Origin: Kudoa neothunni
Lineage: Eukaryota; Animalia; Cnidaria
Assembly: GCA_964304625.1 (NCBI GenBank)
Contig: OZ199840.1
Coordinates: 4,614,966-4,678,965, forward strand
Length of the DNA stretch: 64,000 nucleotides
Direction: 5' to 3'
The position numbers and the translations under genes are program-made. Below the pieces are notes generated by a model. The model was given only the letters and a program-made list of their open reading frames with translations, searched no databases and was not told where the DNA came from. Below, in pieces: positions 13,725 to 25,335 of the stretch (the first letter of the stretch is position 1; every line of letters begins with the position of its first letter).

Positions 13725-16692
13725 ATGAAATGTTCAGTCTATTCAATGGGAATTTTTCTTCAAATTTTTTGTAAATTTTATACTCTATTTATTTTATTAA
13801 TTAAATACTAGCCATATATGCTTTATTAGTCGAAGCAAGCACACTGGTGGCACCACAACCTCAAACAACTACAACTAAAATTCTTACCTATAAGATTGTG
13901 AAACATACTGATCAAATGAAAGTTAATTTGGTATTAAGTGGTACTGCTTATACTTCAAAGTATTGTCATATAAAAAAGTTAAATGACGCTGGGAATGATT
14001 ATGGAGAAATCGATACGTGTCCAGAAAATAATACTGGCACAAATACTGGACAATGTGTTAGGGCTTGTACAGGAGATGATATAAGATTTGCTTACGATAA
14101 ATTTTCACCAAGAACAAAATATGTGGAAGTTTTTGTTGCAGATACTACTGAAGCCGTTAATACAAAAGTTACAGACCCAACTATTTTCGGACTTGAGATA
14201 CGTAATTTAAGGGTTTTTCAATATATCTAAAATTTTATTAGCTTTATTGGTAAATCCGCAAGTTACAACAACTACCACAACCGAAAATAAATTAAAATTT
14301 AGCACAATAACATGCAAAAACGTCGATTGCCCCATATATTACAAGGGTGTTGAATATGCTCCTGGAACTAAAGGAGGAAGTTGTATCGAAGCAAATGATA
14401 CGAATAATGATAATAAAGTAGAATTTGATTTAATGATACCCCATTACGAAATGAAATGCGCGAGCTACCCAAGTTTTTTTTATAAACTTCAAAATAAATA
14501 TACATTAATGAAGACGGACGTTTATGTACCTCAATATTATGTGACATATAATAAAGAAAAAACTAAATACTTTTTAAAATTTACTAATAAATTTCCATTT
14601 GAAATTTGTAAATTCAGCATAAAAAAAGCATCGACCGAAATTACTGAAAGTACAACAAATGATTACAAATCAAATTGTGGCGCCGCAAATAAAGATTGTT
14701 ATGCACCATGTAACAACGTTGAGCTTATTTTTGAGGCATCAGAAGGGGTCGTTGAAATTTTAATTCAATCAAGACATTTCCCGCTTCAAAAATTCGGAGC
14801 TGTATACTATGGATACAAACAAAAAAAATATGGTAATATATATTCATTTGTTTGAAATATTATATTTTTAGTCGTGACCGAGACTGATGCAGCTGATGAC
14901 TCTGGCAAATTGCTATCAAATTATTTAGCAACTGGTGTCACGTTAAATGTTCCTTTATTTAAACCGAGCGATATTAACACCAAATTTTCCGAATGTACCG
15001 TAAGTTACTACGCTGCTGATAAACCAATGCCTACAGCTACCATTGCCACTTCAACTGGAGCAAAATGCAGTAGTACTTCAGAACCAACATCATGTCTCGC
15101 AGACTGTGCCACTTCATTAACAATAATCCAGCTGACACCCGGTAAACCTTATATTCTTGAAATTGCTGCAGCAGGAACTGCACCAGGAGAAACCAATAAA
15201 ATCCCAGCTAATTTTAAAGAACATATATTCTTCAGAACGAGTAAAATTATGAAAGTTCCTAATGATGACGTATATATTTAATTTAGAGAATGACGCAGAA
15301 AAAACATTTCCAATTGTTTCACCGACAATACGAGATACAGGTCTATCTATTAAGGCACTTACTGTAGAAACACCGATTTCCAAAACTAGCACCACATGTG
15401 CTTATTATCTAAGTCCCCGAGGAAAGGATACATATGTTTGTGCAATGTGCGTTGATAGTTATCCATGCAGAGGATATTGTGGGGAGTCTCAAACTATTGT
15501 AGGGTTATCTCCAGGAACCGATTATGATCTCAAAGTTGTTGCGCATGAAGGTTATGATTTCAAAGTTCACCAAATCAGAACTGGTATTATATTTTTACCA
15601 AAAATAAATGAACAATTTTTAAGTTTTGTCAACACTTACACTTGAAAAACAAATGTTGGATAGAGGTTTTAAAGTCACAGGGTCCTTATCGTCGCCTTAC
15701 CCAGCAGCCGTATGTCATTACAAAGTTAAAGTTAAACAAGGAGAAGATTATGGACTAATTTACGAATGTCCAGCACGAACTCCAACAAGAGCTGCTGGAA
15801 GTTCTACTCTCGTATCAACATCAAAAATGGGGGTGGCTAGATCATCAGGAGACCAACGAAACGTAAATGCAGCAACTGCCACCAATACAAATACAATCTC
15901 ATCGTGCCAAGCACCACCTTTATGTAGCAATATCATTTTTAGTGAAGGATACGAATCAGATAGGGATTATCAAGTTTTAGTGACTGCAGTTGGAAGGTCC
16001 ATTGAAGTTTCAATAAATATACCCAAAAGTATTTCCTCATAAATTTTTATACAACCACTCTTAAAATTGAATTAATACTACAACGAAAATTAAAAAATTT
16101 ACCAATGCTATTTAAAATTATATTTTAGACCCATTGCTTTCACAACCCACGGATCTCAATAAACAATTAATAGTGGTGATCACACGTGTCGATAAAACCT
16201 TGACTGTTAGCACTACTTTACCTCAAGGTTTGGACGAAAATGCATTATGCAAATGGCAGTTAAAAAATTCTGGAGAACCCTCAAATCCCATCGTGAAAAA
16301 ATGCATGACTATTGGTAAAGGTTGCACTCAATTACCTCGTTGCAAGGAATTCACAATTACAGAAGTTGAAGATATACACGATTACCATTTGACTCTATTC
16401 TATAATGAAGATCCAAATACCTACGGTGTTGGAATAATTAAACAAGGTAACCATCATAATATTTCAATGTTAATTATAAACATTTAATAGGTGAATCTTC
16501 AAACAAATCAACGTAACTTTTGATATGTCATCATTATTTCTAATTTCTTTTAGATCCAAAAATACGATGTATTAATAATCAATTTTGATTATTTTAATAA
16601 TTATCTTTAGAATTATTTCCGTGATTGTTCCAGTTGTTATCGTGGTTATCGGAATAGGTTTCTATTTCGGATACATGAAGAACAAAAATTAG
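13725..16692 (+). CDS. Surface-protein family copy B (intact, 10 exons)
   Basis: ATG at 13725 (MKCSVYSMGIFLQIF; an in-frame upstream ATG is at 13707). Exons correspond to ORFs 13847, 14247, 14874, 15262, 15626 and 16134, plus two micro-exons and a TM exon ending MKNKN* at 16692. All splice sites are GT-AG and in phase. Confidence 0.88.
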
Positions 16693-17101
16693 AACTCTCA
16701 AATCAAAATATTATTTAAGCTTTTTATAATTATTTAGAAAATATAATTTTTTATAAACTTGGAATTATTTCCATCTTATTTAACTATTCGCTGATTTTTA
16801 ATTTTATCAAACTGTGGATTTCTACACGTACATTTTATTATTAAATTAATTTAATGATAACTTCGACATTCTATTAAATGAAGGTTTTAATTATGATAGT
16901 GTCTCTTCCCTCCAAGGATGGCAATTTCGTTCGCGTTTGTTCATTAGTACTTTATGCAAATTAGGAGTCTTGCGAGCGATCGCGAACTTACCACCCCCGC
17001 CTTAGACTACTGGAAGATTCTAAATATCGAAAGCTAAGATGCTAGTAACAGTTATTTTCGGGACCTACCGGCAACTCGAGCTCCGAGTGTTTTTTTTCTA
17101 G

Positions 17102-20100
17102 GGAAGTGGCTATATCTCGGGTAATCAATATCTCTAAAACTACTCGATATTGTTTGCCCATATTTCATATATCATCTAATGTTTATCTAACTTAATTTTT
17201 TGTAAATTTTTGAAAAATTAAAAAAAATTATTTTTTCTCTGTGTGACCATACACAAGTCAAACAGCAGTTGGGCACGATTTTTTATTTTTTTAATATAAT
17301 TTCATCAATTAACGTTTTATACACAAAATATAGAAATAAAAATAAATTTCTGAGTTATCTGTAACTTAAGAGCGCAATTTTTCTTTCTAATTAGCTTGAC
17401 ACAGAATGAGTTCAAATATGTTTGCAATTGGAAAACGATTTCTTTCTTTCGAAGAACTCGATAATGCTATAAAAAATTACGATGAGTCAAACTTTTGCAA
17501 TCTTTATAAATATCAAGCGAGGAATATTTCGAATATTCGGAATAGAATAACAAAATCAATTAACCAATCTCTGCGGTATTATGAAATTACATATCGTTGC
17601 ATTTTCAGTGGCAAGAATGAAACAAAATCCGATGGAATTAGAAAAAAACCGACATTAAAGGGAAACTGCCCCGTGGTTTTATCTCTTAGGACCTCTGTTG
17701 ATGGTGTAACACTTGAAATACGTTCTAGTATATTAGAACACAATCACGATTAAGTGCAGTGCTATATCGAAATCTCCCAAAACAACGAAAAATTGACCTA
17801 AATAAACCAAATCTAGTGAAATTAATTCATCTTAAGGTCAATAAAAAATTAATTCAAAATAAAATTTACAACGAAACGGATAAAAACATCCGTTTGAAAT
17901 CCATCCACCATATTAGAGCAAACAAAGACTCATTTTGTGATAACCTATGTGTAATAGAGAAAATGTTGAAAGAAGATTTCAAATGTTACGTTAAGATTTT
18001 ATATGATAAACATAAAGTCGTTAATGGAATTTTTTCGCTGACGACAAAATGAAATCATTTTAGGAATTTTATGCTGAGGTTATGTTCGTTGATGCAACTT
18101 ATAAACTCCTTAATTCAAGGTAACTTTTGAAAACGGATGAATAATTTTATAATTTTAGTGCCCCGTTATACATATCTGCTGGGGAGTATTCTTTTGGTTT
18201 GACTCACATTTCGAATGCCTGCATTCTCTACGAAGAGATTGAAGATTCCATCCAATGGTTTTGTAATACTTTGGCAGAATTGATACCAAACTTATCAAAA
18301 AATGTACATACCATTGTTACAGATAAGGATGAAAAGCTAAGAAAATGTCTCAAATTAAGTTCTCCACTATCATCATTCATTTTATGTAAATTTCATGTGA
18401 ATCAAATTTTTCAAAGACATATCACCGTTAACAAATTTGAAATATCTTCTACTAAAAGACAAGAGATTTTAAGTTGTTTACAAAAAATGATGTACCCGAC
18501 TGACTACAATAAATATTTACATTACGTTGACCAGATTCACGATTTTAAAAATCCCAAATTAAGTGAATACTTCAAAAGAAATTGGGAAGGAATATACAAT
18601 GAATGGGTTATTGGTATTAGCAACACGAAAAATGTTTACGACAACGAAACCAATAATCGCCTTGAGGTAATAAATTCCAAAATTAAGTGATGTCCAAAAA
18701 TTCAGCTCGTTGACTAATTTCATCTAAGGTTTTTTTTAAATTCTAAGTTCACTTAGAATTGAAAGGGAAGTTTCTTCAATTAATCAACTGTATTATGAAT
18801 CAAACGATATTCTCAACAACAAGCAGGTTCTACACTATAAAGAATTTCTGACGAAGTATGCATTTATCATGCATCAAAAAAAACATAAATTCTTAGGCAA
18901 TTCTGCATTATCCTCTAATTCAAATGAAATCACAACTCGATAAATGTGTCTTTGTTTATTTTATCGCTCATTTTCATTACCATGTCGCCATATTCTAAGT
19001 TACAGGTTATCAGAGAAACTCCCGTTATTCTGTGAAACATTATGCAATGATCGATGGAACATGGCATACGGAATGAAGTTTTTAAATGCGGAATCTACAG
19101 CTCAAAATAATACAGAAAATCTTCCTACTGTTGTTCTTGAAAAGAAACAAAAAATTAACATAAAGAAATTTGGAAAAAAGTTGAAGTACGCGTCAAATTT
19201 TACAACCAAACTAACCAACACAACTTCCGAATTTTGCGGAGAATTTTTCGAAAAATCAATAAATCTATTGGAAAAAATAATTAGAAGTCACGATGTCATG
19301 GTTATCGATCAGTTCCTTGATACATGTGATTTTTGTTTATAAATGAAATATTAAATTTTATATAATTAAAGATGAAACTGAATTTCAAGAAAATCTGTAA
19401 AATTTATAATTTTACTTTAACTAATAAAAATTAGGATTCATCGATAAATTTAATAGAAATCTCACCTACCAAAATGCCAAAACTTAATTCCAGTGATGAT
19501 TTTGGTCCTCTAGAAGAACAAATTGATTGTAACGATGAATCAAACGTCATCGTAGAAGAACCTCAATTAAAAGGTTAAACCTAAAAAAAATTATGCTAAT
19601 TTTTGTTTAGATATAGTGATTCCTTCTAAAGTTAAATCGATTGGTCGACCACAAGGAAGTCGTTTAACTGCTATCGGAATTATAAAGAAAAAGAAATAAA
19701 GTTATAACTTTAAAATTAAATATATACAAAAAATTTAATTTTGAGAATAATCCTCTACATGTATCATATGAAAGCTGTTTTATTGAGTGATCGCTTAAAC
19801 TAATATTTAAATCCATTATTAGTTTTATTTCATATAACGTGAAGAATATTTATTTCTTAAAAAAACAAACATTATTATTATTATTTCTATATTTTGTGTA
19901 TAATGACGCTAATTGATGAAATTATATTAAAAAAATAAAAAATCGTGCCCAGCTGCTGTTGGACTTGTGTATGGTCATACAAAGAAAAAATAATTTTTTT
20001 TAATTTTTCAAAAATTTACAAAAAATTAAGTTAGATCAACATTAGATGATATATGAAATATGGGAAAACAATATTGGGTAGTTTTAGAGATATTGATTAC

Positions 20101-20119
20101 CTGAGATATAGCCATTACC
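17102..20119 (+). mobile_element. Full-length Mutator-like element (MULE) with ~240-bp TIRs, 9-bp TSD and a disrupted DDE/SWIM transposase
   Basis: TSD TTTTTCTAG at 17093-17101 and 20120-20128. TIRs ggaagtggctatatctcgggtaatc.. and ggtaatggctatatctcaggtaatc.. (reverse complement). Motifs VMFVDATYKL, IVTDKD, LCKFHV, ETNNRLE and SWIM finger CLCLFYRSFSLPCRHIL. In-frame stops are present. The empty site is visible in the duplicated arm at about 871-879. Confidence 0.95.
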
Positions 20120-20580
20120 TTTTTCTAGTTGCGAAAAAATCCACAAAAGAGAACGTTCACACATGAACTCATTGACCTTGTTGAAACTGCAGGTCTATTC
20201 CATCAATAAAGTTAATATATCTAACTAATAATTATGTGCAATATGAAATAATTATTGATTCTTTTTAATTTCACACCACAATCGGTCTTTTTAACAATTA
20301 AAAAATTGCTTGTCCGCCCCCTTAATCATAACTTTGATATTAAAAACTTTCTGTAACCACCTAAGTCATTGGTTATGGGAACTCTCTCATGCAGTTTGCT
20401 TAAACCCTCGTTAGAAAATATACGGCGGAAATGATAAAATAATCAAAAGATCGCTTCGATCAAGATTGAAAACGACGTTATTATCCTCCAACATTAGTCT
20501 AGCAATCACCAAAATTCTTCATGGATAGTTAAGAAAATATCATAAACCATATTTCTCACTCAGAGCCTCTAACATAGCTA

Positions 20581-22170
20581 CAGTCAACAACGGTTGTTGC
20601 ACATTTTTCGTTGTGTGTCATTATTTTATCGTTTTATAAAGTACAGTTCTATCTCATAAGTCTTTTAAGCTATTAATGAAATATTTGGGATTATTTATTT
20701 AAGAATTTTTTTACAAATACTAGAAAATGGATATTACGCACTAATTTTAGTCACCGTTAAACTTAACACTATCTTAAAATCGAAGTGTATCGTCATTATT
20801 TGATGATTTTTATTTTAAAGAACTAGAATGAAATTAAACGTTTTTCTATTTTCATATTAATAAAAATGATCCAGGGTTAATTCATTAAATAACAAAAGTT
20901 TAACTAAAAGTCAATGCAGAAAAACGGAAATATTTTATAATTATAAATTTTATCCACGTGCATAAATTTATTAGTATCTTTGTTTTATTTCAGGATTGCG
21001 CGTTGTTTTTTAAAACTGAGTAGATTCGTTGATCTCAAACTATATGTGTGGTCATTGTACATAAATAAAAATTTAATATTAGAAAGTTTTGTACGCTTTA
21101 ATTATTAGATTGTTTCAGGGCTAAATCAACTCTAATATTTTTCATAAAATAGATGATAAAATTACGGAATTAATTTCTTCATTTGAGTGTAGTTTAATCG
21201 CTGATCAAATCTAAATTTTTTTTAAAAACAACGTAGAAAGTATTTTTATTATATTTAATGTAAATAACGTAACTACGACAAATGGAGAACGATAACAATG
21301 TGGATCGCATTTAAATATTTTTTATATAAAACTGTGGATTTAATTACGAAATACAAATTGATTTCTTTGATACATATATCCCTGAGAGCCTAATATCAAT
21401 GATCAAATTGATGAAAAATCAAATATACATGGTCCGATAGAATCTTGGAGGAATCCGACCAACGACAAGCGATTATGACAAAATAATTAAATTTAGCATT
21501 CTTTCGGTTTAATGAATCAATTAAAATCAATAATTATTGATTAATACTAAACTAAAATATCTATCTTTACAATAGGCGAGAAACGTGTATAATGGTTCAA
21601 ATGGATTAACTCATTCACTAAATCTTATATGAAATATTAAAATGATATATTAAAAAAATAATTTTCATGTATAACCTGTTGGAAAATAATCATACACTAC
21701 ATTAATCCCGAAGCATTACTTAGTTTTGTTTTATGTTTTCGCAATCTAACGGTTATATGGAGCAGAATTTTTATTTTATTTCGTTTTAAATCCCCCAAAA
21801 AGATCGAACTAGCATTATATGGATGTTTTTTCTGTTTAAACGAATCTTTACATATAAAAAGATGATAATTATTATAGGAGGCGAAAGCTTTTGTTGTACT
21901 TGCACAAGATCATTTAAATTTGTTCTTCTGCAAAGGAATATTTTATTTTGTATTCCTGAAATCTATAATATTTTAATTTTATGTAACTTTCAATATAAAA
22001 TTTATCTTTGAGAATAAGATTTTCATCAATTAATTACATTATAGATAAATAAAGAGAATAATTATATCACAATATTGTACTATAAAGTGGGTTTGTTTGT
22101 CATTATGATGAAAATAAATAATTTCAAAAAGTTAAATAATTATATTAAACATTTTTCAAATAAATTTATC
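20581..22170 (+). mobile_element. Truncated copy of a TA-flanked CAGT-ended (Tc1/mariner-type) non-autonomous element, fused to the promoter of copy C
   Basis: TA followed by CAGTCAACAACGGTTGTTGCAC at 20581 matches the TIR of 53655..56822. The segment 21015..22170 matches about 54890..55830. Similarity to the gene promoter begins near 22172. Confidence 0.75.
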
Positions 22171-22302
22171 AAAAGTGTTTCCAAAGGTTCTTACATGATC
22201 CTTAATTTTCATGATAAATATGGATGTAGATCAAATAAACCTGATTAAATTTTACCAATGTGAAAAAATAATTTATTAATCAACATCTACACATTCATTA
22301 AA

Positions 22303-22345
22303 ACGAATTCGCGATATGTTTTATAAATAAAACGATAATTTTCGT
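22303..22345 (+). promoter_or_regulatory. Putative proximal promoter motif conserved upstream of all four surface-protein copies
   Basis: acgaattcgcgatat..(AT spacer)..aacgataattttcgt lies about 20-65 nt before the ATG in copies A (4290-4332), B (13661-13703) and C. It is also recognisable in the divergent copy D (48403-48445). Confidence 0.45.
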
Positions 22346-22366
22346 CAATAGATTATCTTCATTACA

Positions 22367-25335
22367 ATGAAATGTTCGGTCTATGCAATGGGAATTTTTC
22401 TTCAAATTGTTTGTAAATTTTATACTCTATATTTATTTTATTAATTAAATATTAGCCATATATGCTTTATTAGCCGAAGCTAGCACGCCGGTGGCACCAC
22501 AACCTCAAACAACTGCAACAAAAATGCTTACCTATAAAATTGTGAAACTTGATAATAAAATGCAAGTCAATTTGGTATTAAGTGGTACTGCTTATACCTC
22601 TCCAAACTATTGCCATATAAAAAAGTCAAACGAGGTTGGTGCAGCATATGAAGAGATTAATACATGCCCTGGTGCACATGATCAGCACAGTACTAACAAA
22701 TGTGTTAGAGCATGTAATGGGGGAGAGAATAAATTAACTTACGATAAATTTTCTCCGAGAACCAAATATGTGGAAGTTTTTGTTGCTGCTAATGCTGAAT
22801 CTGCTTCTACAAAAACTACAGACCCAACTATCTTCGGACTTGAGATAGGTAATTTATATTTTTTTAAAATTAATCTAAAATTTCATTAGCTTTACTGGTA
22901 AACCCACAAGTTACAATAACTACTACAGCTCAACGTAAATTGAAATTTAGCACAGTAACATGCAAAAACGTCGATTGCCCAATATACTACAAGGGTGTTG
23001 AATATGCGCCTGGAACTAAAGGAGGAAGTTGTATAGCAGAAAATGGTCTGAATAGTGCTAACGAAGTAGAATTTGATTTAATGATCCCCCATTATGAAAT
23101 GAAATGCACGAACTATCCAAGTTTCTTTTATAAACTTCAGAATACATACACATTAATGAGCACAGACGTTTATATACCCCAATATTACGTTACATATAGT
23201 AACAAAGAAAAAACTAAATACTTATTAAAATTTACAAACAAATTTCCTTTTGAACTTTGTAAATTCAGCATAAAAAAAGCATCGACCGAAATTACTGAAA
23301 GTACAACAAATGATTACAAATCAAATTGTGGCGCCGCAAATAAAGATTGTTATGCACCATGTAACGACGTTGAGCTTATTTTTGAGACATCAGAAGGGGT
23401 TGTTGAAGTTTTAGTTCAGTCCAGACATTTTCCGCTCCAAGCAAATGGAGCCGAATATTCTGGCTACATACAAAAGAAATATGGTAATATTGATTAAGTT
23501 GTTTTTAAATAATGTGCTCTTAGTTGTTACGGAAACTAATGCTGAAAATGACACTGGGAAATTACTATCATCGTACTCAACAGTTGGTGTCACGTTAAAT
23601 GTAGCTTTATTTAAACCAAGTGATATTAACACCAAATTTTCCGAATGTACTGTAAGTTTCTACGCAGCTGACAAACCAATGTCTACCACCGGCACTACGG
23701 CACAATGCAATACTTCTGGTACACCCCAATGTCCCACAGACTGTGTCACTCCATTAACTATATTACAACTTGCACCCGGTAAACCTTACATTCTCGAAAT
23801 TGCTGGATCAGCAACTGTATCAGGAGGAGAGAATAAAATTCCAACTAATTTTAAAGAACATATATTTTTCAGAACAAGTCAATGTATAAAAATATCTACA
23901 TAATAATTACATGAAAATTTAATTTAGCGAATGAAAATACAAATACATTTTCTACTGTTACACCAACAATACGAGATACAAGTTTATCTATCAAGGCACT
24001 TAATGCTGAAACGTCGATTTCCCAAACTAGCACCACATGTGCTTATTATCTAAGTCCCCGAGGAAAGGATACATATGTTTGTGCAATGTGCGTTGATAGT
24101 TATCCATGCAGAGGATATTGTGGGGAGTCTCAAACTATCGTGGGGTTATCTCCAGGAACCGATTATGATCTCAAAGTTGTTGCACACAAAGATTATGGTT
24201 TCAAAGTTCACCAATTCAGAACTGGTAACATATTTTTTCATAAAATAATAATTAAATAATTTTTAAGCTTTGTCAACACTTACACTTGAAAAACAAATGT
24301 TGGATAAAGGTTTTAAAGTCGCAGGGTCCTTATCATCGCCTTACCCAGCAGCCGTATGTCATTACAAAGTTAAAGTTAAACAAGGAGAAGATTATGGACT
24401 AATTTACGAATGTCCATCACGAACTCCAACAAGAGCTGCTGGAAGTTCTACTCTCGTATCAACATCAAAAATGGGGGTGGCGAGATTATCAGGGGATCAA
24501 CGAAACGTAAATGCAGCAACTGCAACCAATACAGCTACAATCTCATCGTGCCAAGCACCACCCTTATGCAGCAATATCATTTTTAGTGAAGGATACGAAT
24601 CAGATAGGGATTATCAAGTTTTGGTGACTGCTGTTGGACGCTCTGTAGAAGTTTCAATAAATATACCCAAAAGTATTTCCTTAGAAATTTTTATATAACC
24701 ACTTTAAAATTGAATTAATACTACAACGAAAATTAAAAAATTTACTAATGCTATTTAAAATTACATTTTAGACCCATTGCCTTCACAACCCACGGATCTC
24801 AATAAACAATTAATAGTGGTGATCACACGTGTCGACAAAACATTGACTGTTAGCACTACTTTACCTCAAGGTTTGGACGAAAATGCATTATGCAAATGGC
24901 AGTTAAAAAATTCTGGAGAACCCTCAAATCCCATCGTGAAAAAATGCATGGTTGTTGGTAAAGGTTGCACTCAATTACCTCGTTGCAAGGAATTCACAAT
25001 TACACAAGTTGAAGATATACACGATTACCATTTGACTCTATTCTATAATGAAGATCCAAATACCTACGGTGTTGGAATAATTAAACAAGGTAACCATCAT
25101 AATATTTCGATGCTAATTATAAATATTTAATAGGTGAATCTTCAAACAAATCAACGTAACTTTTGATATGTCATCATTTTGTCTAATTTCTTTTAGATCC
25201 AAAAATACGATGTATTAATAATCAATTTTGAGTATTTTAATCTTTATCTTTAGAATTATTTCCGTGATTGTTCCAGTTGTTATCGTGGTTATCGGGATAG
25301 GTTTCTATTTCGGATACATGAAGAACAAAAATTAG
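22367..25335 (+). CDS. Surface-protein family copy C (intact), 841 aa. Exons 22367-22412, 22456-22848, 22890-23483, 23524-23877, 23928-24224, 24268-24672, 24772-25089, 25134-25155, 25197-25211, 25254-25335
   Basis: Hand-spliced: nine GT-AG introns of 40-99 nt join into one 2526-nt open frame. It begins with the hydrophobic signal peptide MKCSVYAMGIFLQIVSIYALLAEA and ends with the TM helix IIISVIVPVVIVVIGIGFYFGYM plus KNKN*. Confidence 0.9.

Noticed and set aside
1504-25130. Treating the short repeated ORFs (117-202 aa) as separate genes of a prokaryote-style operon
   Set aside because: Each is bounded by in-phase AG/GT sites and they splice into one protein. Their listed starts are mostly TTG/GTG artefacts and their tails are intron read-through.
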